Assembly: GCF_028641065.1 (NCBI RefSeq)
Contig: NC_073406.1
Span: forward strand, 11,222,001 to 11,286,000
DNA length: 64,000 bases
Reading direction: 5' to 3'
From: Leucoraja erinacea
Lineage: Eukaryota
Part shown: one piece after another, positions 24,901 through 36,900 of the stretch
Layout of the letters: each line of letters opens with the position of its first letter
Position numbering within the stretch: the stretch's first letter is position 1
The notes under the pieces: model-generated
Told to the model about the DNA's origin: nothing
What the model saw: the letters and a program-made list of their open reading frames with translations, nothing else
Database searches by the model: none
Translations under genes and position numbers: made by a program

Positions 24901-27900
24901 AAAAGAAAGAAAATCAAAAAGAGATGGAGTAAGCAGGAATGAGAAGAAAAAGAAAACAGGATTACCGTTAACAACAGCAAGGAAAGACAACAGACAGAAC
25001 ACTGCTAATACATTCTCAGTGTTCCCCCCACCCAAGAGTCCTTTTTGATTAAGGACTGGTCAATTATTTGCAACACAATAATCTAATTTATTTATTTTCT
25101 CATCCATTAACCTCTTATGACAACATTAATGTGTAGCTGATCTTTCCAGTATATATTGGTTAGTGAGAAATTATGAAATATAAATAATGCAATGTACCAG
25201 AAAATAAATTTGGCTATTTCTGAGACACAAGGTACTGCAGATGTTGGTGTACATAACATTATAAGAGGCATGCATAGGGTAGACAGTCAGAATCTTTTTC
25301 CCAGGATGGAAATATCAAATACTCGAAGGCACAGCGTTAAGGTAAGCGATGTGCAGGTTTTTTTTAAACAGAGGATGGTGATTGCCTGGTTGAACTAGGT
25401 ACTTTAGTGATATTTAAAAGATTTTTGGATAGGCACGTGGAGGTGCATGGACTGAAGCGATATAGGTTATGTGCAGGTACAGTGCCCTCCATAATGTTTG
25501 GGACAAATACCCATCATTTATTTATTTGCCTCTGTACTGCACAATTTGTGATTTGTATTAGAAAAAAATCACATGTGGTTAAAGTGTACAGTGACAGATT
25601 TTAATAAAGGCCATTTTTATACGTTTTGGTTTCACCATGTAGAAAGTACAGCAGTGTTTATACATAGTCCCCCCCCCCCCCCATTCAGGGCACCATAATG
25701 TTTGGGACACAGCAGTGTCATATAAATGAGTCATGTTTAGTATTTTGTTGCATATCTTTTGCATGCAATGACTGCTTGAAGTCTGCGATTCCTGGACATC
25801 ACCAGTTGCTGGGTGGCTTCTCTGGTGATGCTCTGCCAGGCCTGTATTGCAGCCATCTTTAGCTTTTGCTTGTTTTGGGGGCTAGTCCCCTTCAGTTTTC
25901 TCTTCGGCATATAAAAGGCATGCTCAATTGGTTCAGATAGGGTAATTGACTTGGTTGCTCAAGAATTGACCATTTTTTAGCTTTAAAAAACATCTTTGTT
26001 GCTTTAGCAGTATGTTTGGGATCATTGTCTTGCTGTAGAATGAACCGCTGGCCAATGAATTCAGAGGTATTTGTTTGAACTTGAGCAGATAGGATGCATC
26101 TGTGTACTTCAGAATACATTATGCAACTACCATTAGCAGTTGTATCATAAATGACGATGCGAGCCAGTACCTTCAACAGCCATACATGCCCAGGCCATAA
26201 CATCCCCACCACCATGTTTTACAAATGAGGTGGTATGCTTTGGATCTTGGGCAGTTCCTTCTCTCCTCCATATTTTGCTCTTGCCATCATTTTGATACAA
26301 TTTAATCTTCGCCTCATCTGTCTCCAAGACCTTTTTCCAGAACTGTCGTCGCTCTTTTAAGTCCTTCTTGGCAAACTGTAACCTGGCCATCTTATTTTTG
26401 TGGCTAACCAGTGGTTTGCATCTTGCAGTGTAGCCTCTGTATTTCTGTTCAATGGCTCTTCTGCGGACAGTAGTCATTGACAAATCCACACCTGAAGAGT
26501 GTTTCTGATCTGTCGGACAGGTGTTTGGGGATTTTTCTTTATTATAGAGAGAATTCTTCAGTCATCAGCTGTGGAGGTCTTCCTTGGCCTGCCAGTCCCT
26601 TTGCAATTAATAAGCTCACCAGTGCTCTCTTTCTTCTTAATGATGTTCCAAACAGTTGATTTTGGTTAGCCTAAGGTTTGGCTGATGTCGTTAACAGTTT
26701 TATTCTTGTTTCTCAGTCTCATAATGGCTTCTTTGATTTTCATTGGCACAACTTTGGTTACCTATGGCTACTGGGATCCCTGGATAGTTGCCAGGGAGGA
26801 GGTATAGGTACAGGTGTTACATCTCCTTGGGTTGCCAGGGAAAGTACCTGGGTCGGAGGTGGTAAGGGCTGAGTGAACCAAGGAGTCATGGAGGGAGCAG
26901 TTTCTGCGGAAGTCAAAATTGGGTCGGGATGGGAAGATGTGACTGGTGATAGGATCATGTTGATGGTGGCAGAAATGTTGGAGAATTATGTTTTGGATGC
27001 GGAGGTTGGGGGGTGAAAGGGAAGAACCAGGGGAAGTCTATACTCGTTTTGTGTGGGTAGCGAGTGCAGGGGGAGCGAGTGCAGAACTATGAGACACAGA
27101 AGAGATGCAGGTGAATCCATCCATGACAGCAGGGGGGAAACCCACGTTTACTAAAGAAAGAGGACATCTCGGATATCTCAGAATGAAAGTTTCATCTTGG
27201 GAGTTGATACAGCAGAGGCAGAGAACTTGAGACGGGATTGCGTCTTTACAAGAGCAGGTGTAGTCCATAACTGTGGGAGTCGGTGGGTTTGTAGATGTCA
27301 GTTGATAATCTGCCCTCCCCTGTGATGGTGACAGAGAGATCAGGAAAGCAGAGAGGGATGTCAGAGAGAGTGCGTCAATTTGAGGGCAAGATGGAAGTTA
27401 GTATTAAAGTTAATGAAATCAATGGGTTCTGCACAGGTGCAGGAAGCAGCTCCAATGCAGTCAACAATATAGCGAAAAAAGAGTTGCGGGAAGGTGCCAG
27501 TGTACATTTGGAACAAGGGCTGTTGCACATAACCAACAAAAGGGTAGACATAGCTGGGGCCCATGCGGGTGCCCTTGGAGACACCGAAACTTGAAGAAAG
27601 TGAGATGTCAGACAGAAATTGCTGAGTGACGACAAAGTTCGCCAACCAGAGGATTGTTAGTGAAAGGACACTGTTTGGGATCTGTTAGTTAGAACCAAAG
27701 GCCTTGAGACCTTCCTGGTGCGAGCTGGAGGTGTAAAGGGACTGGGCGTCCATAGTAACCAAGAGGCAACACGGGACCAGAAATTCAAAGTTATTGGAGT
27801 GTCTTGGATGTTTTAAAAAGAAAGTCAAATCAAAAAAATTTAATTCCAAAAGAGAAAAACAATTGTGACTCATCCTGCAACTCAAAATATCCTATCCATT

Positions 27901-30900
27901 ACAAAATGAATCCTCAAATGACTGGGATGATGTGCTTAAATTTGGTGGCAATTATGGGCAAATTAACATGAGGTTTAAAAGAAAATGTGGCATGCTTATG
28001 ATATTTAAAGCAGGTTAGATAAGGAGATCTACCCATTTATATATTCCCTTCACTACCATCTGGGTGGGCACATTTTATGTACATAACCAAAAACTAAAAA
28101 AAGTAAAAGTAATGGCACTAAAGTTCACCTGCCAACGATATGCTTATTTTGAAAGAGGATTTCTAATCATAATTTAGTGGGAACACGATACATCATAACA
28201 TTGAAGACAAACAAATATTTAAAGTTCAATACAACGTGAAACACAAAACACTTTCAACAAGATGTATACGCATACATTTCATGAAGCTTTGTTTCAGCAA
28301 ATCTTCACATTTCAGTTTAAATCTCAGTGATTACATTGTGTCGTAATTATACAGAAAGCAACTGTTGTAATTCAGTTCTAGGAGCTTAACAATTAGCTTC
28401 ATAGGCAAAATAGCTTTGTGGTCAATAGAGTGTTTCTCCCTTTCTCTCCCACCTGACAGACCAAATGGTCTTTGTTGATTCGCACTATTTCTTTCATGGT
28501 ATTAAAATAAAGTGGTATCTCAACTGCCTGCTTTGCAATTTGTATGTTGGATTATCTGCATGATTCTCTCTTCCCCCCCCCCCCCCCCCCCCCCCCCCAA
28601 AATGCTTGGGCTAAAGGCTTGGCAAGAATACTCATTCTATCAGCTAGGACAGCTGGTATCTCAGTGGCTGCTCCACACACCTCAGGCTGTAGAAAACCAG
28701 CCAAATCACATTTGGTAATATTCAGCAAATTTATCAGTACACCAACAAAGCACTACAACAGAATACATGCTGCACTGGACGATCATGACTGAAGCTATGG
28801 CCGGGTATTCGGCAGGCTGCCTTGGGTTCACTAGACGACTCTTGGGCATTGTGAGCACGAGGGAGCTACCAGCTAATTTAATGGTCTGATTATTATATCA
28901 ACACTTGGCTGGTCAACAAAAGCAATGCATGCAGAGCTGGAAGGGAATGTGACTGCCATTTGGTAGAGAATAATTTCAATTAAATGGGAATAGAAATCGA
29001 TTGTGCCATTTGAAGAGTTAGATTTAGCTATAGCTGAGTGATGAGAGCTGGCCGAGATTCCTGAATTATTATTATTTTTAAATTTTCAGTTCCAAGAAGC
29101 TCCTTCAAAGTGATTGCCTCTCTTTTCTTAACTTCTATCTCAATGAACAATCCCTCAAGGAAATCCTAAGTACTCTATGTTCTCCCTAACCAGTAGTGTC
29201 TTCCCTCCTCTTATGCGTTCCTTTCTGTTACTTCTATACTATTCCATTTTGTAAATAATGTGTCCAAAAATGTCGCAATATTCCAGAGGTAGTCTCACGA
29301 ATGCCCTACATAATGGAAACATAGGCTCCCTACCCTTGTATTCATTTCCCCTTTCAATTAAACAATAAGATAATTCGTTTTCCTAATTATTTGTTTTCAA
29401 AATTTACAATTTCCCATATCTGCTTGCTTCGATCCTTATCCACGAATTTACCTATATCTATATTCCTTTGCAGTAGTCTTTTGCTCTTCACAACTTATTT
29501 TTCTTCCTATCTTATGCCATCAAAAAAATGTAACAACCATACCTTTAGTATCTTTATCAAAGTTATTTATGTACTTTGTAAAATAAACTGAGGCTCGGGT
29601 ACTAATCCCTATGGCATATTCCTGTTTATTATCTTGAATACAATAAACAGATTCATTTATGCCTGTTCTGGTGCCAGCTTGCCAATCCATTTTCTACAAT
29701 AGCAGTGTTGTGCTTACCAATTAGAAAGATTGTCAATGATAAAATAAATTGGTGTGAATATAACCCTGTATTCAGAATCAGTCTGAAGGGTATCGGCCCG
29801 AAACGTCATCCATTCTTTCTCACCAGAGTTGCTGCCTACCCCACTGAGTTACTCCAGTATTTTGTGTCTATCTTCGATTTAAACTGGGATCTGCAGTTCT
29901 TTCCGACACGTTTTGACCCTGTATCATATCAGGAACACAAGGTCTCACCTTGTCATTACATCATCTAACTATTTTTTAAAAGAAGCCTATATGTTAGCTG
30001 TAATAACTTTCCATGACAAATGATCTTAACGGTTAATCATCCCACAAAAGAAACACCTGTTCAAATGGTGCCAAGCAGAGCTCCAAGACAGGCTTTTCAA
30101 ATCCTTGATTGGGGTTTACTATAACAACCTTATGCATTGTGGTGAAGATCCTGTTTATATACGACAAAAGGACCCAAAATAGATAAAACTAAAATTTCAA
30201 TACAATTGCTAACTTTCAACAATTTACTTTTTCACCATATCAGTGTCAGCTATTTGCTAACTACCTGAGGTGGAGTGGGAGTGGTATTCGGCCTCACAAC
30301 AGGTGGTGTAGGGTTTCTGCTTCCACCTCCACCCGACATTATTTCTTCAGTGATGTCTTTGCCTCCTTGATTTGGATCACGGATTCTAATCTGCAGAAGA
30401 GAATCGAATAATTATACTTTGACGTACAACAGTTTTTAAAACTTTTTCGTTCTTAAACTAAGCATTCCTTGCTGTGGAATATGAACAGATGTCATTTAAA
30501 TGGTGTAGTACAAATAAGCGAGTTTCCCTAGCTTCATGGTAGGCATGTTTTCCAAAGTACTTTATTATTTAAATATGCTGCACTGACGATTTATTTAAAA
30601 TTTGTAACTGCAAATACCTCCCATGTCAATAGTGTGATGAACATGAGAACATCAGAGAGATACAACATGGAAACAGGTCCTTTCGCCCACCAAGTCTGTG
30701 TCAACCATTAAACTATCATTTGAAATAATCCTAAACCCATATACTGCATATACCAGCAAAATCATTAGATGAATCACTTTGAATGTAAAAGAATCAACAC
30801 ACAGTGCATTCAGAAAGTATTCTGACACCTTCACTTTTTTCACATTTTGTGAGTTTCAGCCTTATTCTAAACTGGATTAAATTATTTGTTGTTTTATCAT

Positions 30901-33900
30901 CAATCTACACACAATACCCCATAATAAAAAAGTGAAATCAGGAGTTTAGAAATTTTTGCAAAGTAATTAAAAAGAAATAACTGAAATATCACATTTACAT
31001 AAGTAGTCATACTTTTTACTCAGTATTTTGTTGAGGCACCTTTGGCAGCAATTACAGCCTCAGGTCTTCTTGGGTATGACTCCACAAGCTAGGCACACCT
31101 GTATTTGGGTAATTTCTCTCATTCTTCTCTGCAGGTCCTCTCAGGTTGGATGAGGAGCGTCGATGCACAGCTATTTTCCGGTCCCCACAGAGATGGTTGA
31201 TTGGGTTCAAGTCCAGGCTCAGGCTGTGCCACTCAAGGGCATTCACAAAGTTGTCACAAAGCCACGCCTGCGTTGTTTTGGCTGTGTGCTTAGGGTCGTT
31301 GTCCTGTTGAAAGGTGAACCTCCGCCCCAGTCTGACGTCCAGGACGCTCTGGAGCAGGTTTTTAATCAAGGATCTCTCTGTACTTTGTTCCGTTCATCTT
31401 TCCCTCGATCCTGACTAGTCTCCCAGTTCCTTTTGCTGAAAAATATCCCCACAGCATGATACTGCCACCACCATGCTTCACCGTAGGTATGGTATTGGCC
31501 AGGTGATGAGTGTTCCTCCAGGCGTGACGTTTGGCATTCAAGCCAAAGAGTCCAATCTTGGTTTCATCAGACCAGAGAATCTTGTTTCTCATGGTCTGAC
31601 AGTCCTTTAGGTGCCTTTTGGCAAACTCCAAGCGGGCCGTCATGTGCCTTTTACTGAGGAGTGGCTTCCGCCTGCCCACTCTACCTTAAAAGGCCTGATT
31701 GGTGGAGTGCTGCAGATATAGTTGTCCTTCAGGAAGGTTCTCCCATCTCCACAGAGGAACTCTGGAGCTCTGTCAAAGTGACCATCGGGTTCTTGGTCAC
31801 CTCCCTGACAAAGGCCTTTCTCCCCGATTGCCCAGTTTGGCTGGGTGGCCAGCTCTATGAAGAGTCCTGGTGGTTCCAACGTTCTTCCATTTAAGAATGA
31901 CAGAGGCCACTGTGCTCTTCGGGACCTGCAATGCTGTGGAATTGTTTTATACCCTTCCCAAGATATGTGTCTCGGAGGTCTACGGACAATTATTTCGTCT
32001 TCATGGCTTGGTTTTTGCTCTGACGTGCACTGTCAACTGTGGGACCTTATATAGACAGATGTGTGCCTTTCCAAATCATGTCCAATCAATTTAATTTACC
32101 ACTGGTAGACTCCAATCAATTTGTAGAAACATATTAAGGATAATCAATGGAAACAGGATGAACCTAAGCTCAATTGAGTGTCATAGCAAAGGGTCTGAAT
32201 ACTTAACTAAATGTGATATTTCAGTTATTTACTTTCAATTACTTTGCAAAAATTTATAAACACCTGTTTTCGCTTCTTGATTCTGGCGTATTGTGTGTAG
32301 ATTGTTGATTAAAAAAATGAATTGAATCAATTTTAAAATAAGGCTGTAACATAACAAAATGTGGAAAAAGTGAAGGTGTCTGAATACTTTCTGAATGCAC
32401 TGTAATGCACAGCTGGAAACATGAATAGCTAGGGCTTGCAGAATTACTAAATTACCCCTTTCCAATGCAGTTTCTAATCAATTTTAGGTATGCAAAATGT
32501 AACAAGGGTAGCACAGTGGTGCAGCAGTAAAGTTGCAGCTTTGGGTTCAATGCTGACTATGCTAAACATATTAGATCCTGGGATCGATCCTGACTATGCT
32601 TAAATATTCAGCTAAATTAATACGTTCTTAATTTCTCCTGCATGTTCATGGGAAGTGAAACATTTTTCAGTCATCCCAATGTGAACCTCAGCGAGCCCAA
32701 TTTCAGCAGCATCCACATCAATTAATAGGATAAAAATTCAGGGAATTTATAAATGATCAGTGACAGGCTGAATTCCATACTTATAGCACAGCACAGTCCA
32801 AATTATTTCAGAATCAAGCTAATGCCAACAAGCCTGTTACAGTCCTGATAAGTGCCTATACAACAACGTGCTAAACATACTAAAGTAAATGTAAAAATAC
32901 TAAATGAGCAAATTCCATTTTCCACTTAACTTCTGTTTTGATCCTACACATCCTCAACCTGAATGGGCTCAAACTATTACTATTACATCATTTTAAGGCA
33001 GTAAGCATGCAATTTGTAATTCCTTGGGATTCACACACTGCATCATGCAGTACTTTTAATTTTTTTACAGGATGTTTTAATTTGAATGATACTATCAGGC
33101 CAGCAATTGCGCAGTTCCATAATTACTCTGAAAAAGTGATGACCAACTTTGACATCCACCTGATCTTCAACGAACAATTGTAGAGTTATACATTTTCCTC
33201 TCGTTCGGCTTACCGTTACTGGTGCTCTGTGGTTCCAGTGCTATCTTTATTTTAAGGACAAATGTTCTCCCTTCTTCATGGCATTTAGGCATCCATGACT
33301 AAATTAAGACTGCATCAAGAAAGCAATCTGGTACAACTCAAACTAAATGCTGATATTATCAGCAAGTAGGCATTACTTTAAGGCTAAGGAGGACCTTGCA
33401 TTACCTGCACTGAAACAGAGATGGTGGGGTCACTCAAAAAATATAATTCTAGATGTTTGACTGGGCAGGATATACCTTGTAGATCGGCAGAATACAGACC
33501 TCACCTTGAAAACGTAGCCAGGTAAAGTGCTCTTCACAGATATGAGCTACATGAAATTGGGTGCCTTCTTGAGAAGATTATACTTCTTTCTAACATTCAT
33601 ACCTTAGAGAAACAGACTCAGCAATACCAGTGACTTCTGCAAGCCACATAAAAAAACCCATTCTAATATAGAATCAAATAACAGGACTGCAGGGCTATTT
33701 GCAAGTTAAACGTCACCTCCGTTACACGCAACTCAATTACACACAAGCAGAAGCAAAAGGAAACCAGCCACATGGACGCTTTACCGTTTTCTTTTCCCTC
33801 TTTGTTGGAGGTGGTTGTTGTTGTGTAGGCACTATCAAAGGTGCAGTCGGCGAATACACAGGTTGACTGTAATAGGATGGTGCTGGTGAAAGAAAATGCA

Positions 33901-36900
33901 CATCACAATTTATCCAAACATGCTCCGCACATTCAATAATAGGTAACTTTATGGAGTTTTCGAAATTCATGCACATCACAGTTGATACAATATGGTATAT
34001 TTTGGCATTAGTTGTAATGAACACTTGAATGTAAGCCAGTATTCCCACTAGAGCTCAGGAGTCCGTTCTTATCAAGACAACTTAGAATTCAAACACCCAA
34101 ATGCCACACTGCAATGTTCCTTTCACTCTTGCAAGAAAGTACTGCTGTTTTTGGATCTTTATTGTTGTTTTTGCTTTAAGTATTCAATCACAAACCCGAG
34201 GCTTGTTGTGCATGCAGCAGGGTGGGTGGAAGGTGGGATGCAAAGATGGAGTGGTTTCAAAACTGAGAGGATTCGGTATGGGACGTATACAAATGTATGC
34301 AGTAATCTTCAAACAGTGTCTCCCCAACAGGAAGGAAAATAATAAAATTGCAAAATTCTCCCATAAGCTAAAAAAAATCTGTCCGCTGACAGAGATGTCC
34401 ATTTGGTTGACTGTGATTATAAGGCTGCAAATTTACTGGTTATCGATATTGAATGATCCTGGTGAGCAGGCATGTGGTTTGGACATTGTATTCTCTGGAT
34501 CAGCTCTTGTTCTCTCCATTGTCAGCCCTGCAAATCTGCATATGCGTGGCACTGAAATTGTATTTTTTTTTTTAAGTAAAAATGATTACTGTGACATTTG
34601 TGTTGAGAAAGAAAACGATACAGACCACTTGCTCATGAATCGTAGAATATCTCTTTGCTTAATTTAGTGGGACCATCACAGAAATTGCTTTTGAAACCCT
34701 GAATGTAATGACAAAATACAAGATTACAAAACTATTTTTATGGCAAAGGTCATAACTATGAATGAAGTAATGATTCTTTAAAGTCCCAACAGTTCAGGAT
34801 CTATTGGCTTTAATAGTTTATGATGGGTTTAGTAAAACAATGTTGAGAAAGATCTACAGCAATGTACAGGACAAATCTACTTGATCTGAATAGCTTTAGG
34901 AGAAAAACAATAATACAAACATTTCTAGGAAACACTGAAACTTATCTCAGCATATATCTCCATGCTTCATTCCTTTGAAATAAGTTATTTAGCCTGTGAA
35001 TTCAACAACATTTTCACAGTAATTACATTCCACCAAAAAATCCTCACCAACCACACTGCAGCAAAGGCATTCTAATCACAACAGGGAGGATCCACTTTTG
35101 GCTGATCCATGGGTTTTTAATTACTCACATTAACTTCGAGTAGTTATATCTTTTAACTCATCACTCAATTTTTCCACAATATTTTCTCCTCCAGTGAGAA
35201 AGTCAGCCTTTACAATTCATTATTTGTCAAATGTTATATAAAATTACAAATATTATATTTTTGTCAAGTGCTATACCTACAAAGATGTAAATGCACGTAA
35301 AACCAAAAGCTGCTGTGGATTACATTATTAGTATGTCAAGTCAATGCTGTGATTTCCACAGCACCTGCACAATGGCTTCATCAGTGGCTAAACATAACTG
35401 ATCACAACTATGCCATGATTAACTTAAAATAAATTCTAAATACTAGCACCAAGCCATAATCAGCAATTTATTTTTGTATTTCTCATCTCCCAAAGTCCAG
35501 GACCGACTGATGCACAGCAATGTATTTTCAGATTTATTAGCTGAAAATCTGGCACTGCTCTAAAACTACAGCACTACAGCTTGGGACAATCCTTCCCATG
35601 CTGATTCAGCACTTTCTCTCTGCCAGATATAACCTTCATCCATGCTCAGTGTACAGCACCTAAACTTATAGCTAGAAAGATTCAATCTTATATAATGTTT
35701 TGAATTCACAGTAGGAAATTTATTGATTTTCAAAAATAAGCTTTGTGAAAATTGAATGATCAGATTATCTGATAGGCTCTGCGAATTGCTAAATGGACTA
35801 GGAAAACTCAGCGGGACAGGCAGCATCTCTGGAGAAAAGGAATGGGTAAGGTTTTGGGTCAAGACTCTTCTTCAGACTGATATCAGGGGAGTGGGCGGGA
35901 CAGAGATAGAATGTAGTTGACGACAATAAGACTGGTGGGAGAACTGGGAAGGGGGAGGGGATGGAGAGAGAGGGAAAGCACGGGCTATTTGAAGTTAGAT
36001 AAGTCAATGTTCATACTGCTGGGGTGTAAGCTACTCAAGCGAAATACGAGGTGCTGTTCCTCCTATTTGCGCTGGGCCTCATTCTGACAATGGAGGAGGC
36101 CCAAGACAGAAAGGTCTGATTGGGAATGGGAAGGGGAGTTAAAGTGCTGAGCAACCGGGAGATCAGGTAGGTTGAAGTAGAACAATCGCCGAGCCTACAC
36201 TTGGTCTCACCGATATACAGGAGTTAACACCTGGAACAGCGGATAAAGTAGATGAGGTTGGAGGAGGTGCGTGAACCCTTGCCTCACCTGAAAAGACTGC
36301 CGGGGTCCTTGGATGAAGTCAAGGAGGGAGGTAAAGGGACAGGTGTTGCATCTCCTGTAGTTGCAGGGGAAAGTACCTGGGGAGGGGGTGGTTTGGGTGG
36401 GAAGGGACGATTTGACCAGCGAGTTGCAGAGGGAACGCTCTTGGAAAGCAAAAGGGGTGGAGATGGGAAGATGTGGCCAGTAGCGAGATCCCGTTGGAGG
36501 TGGCGAAAATGCTGGAGGATTATATGCAGTATGCGACGGCTGATGGAGTAGAAGGTGAGAACAAGGGGGACTTTGTCCTTGTTATGAATGGGGGGGGAAG
36601 GGGAGCAAGAGCAAAGCTGCGGGATATCGAGGAGATCCTAGTGAGAACCTCATCTATAATGGAAGAGGGGAACCCCCGTTCCCTAAAGAACGAGGACATC
36701 TTCGATGACCTGGTAAGGAAAATCTCATCCTGAGCGCAGATGCGGTGTAGAGGGAGTAATTGGGAGCAGGGGATAGTCTTCACAAGAAGCAGGGTGGGAA
36801 GAAGTGTAGTCTAGATAGCTATGGGTGTTAGTGAGTTTATAATAGATGTCAGTCAATAGTCTGTCTCCTGAGATGGAGACGGTGAGTCTAAAAATGGCAG

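Noticed and set aside
34101-34667. 188-aa plus-strand ORF, and a short minus-strand ATG frame ([11 protein letters not shown]...)
   Set aside because: No recognisable domain; the only nearby minus-strand donor is phase 2 and does not fit exon 33882 (phase 1).
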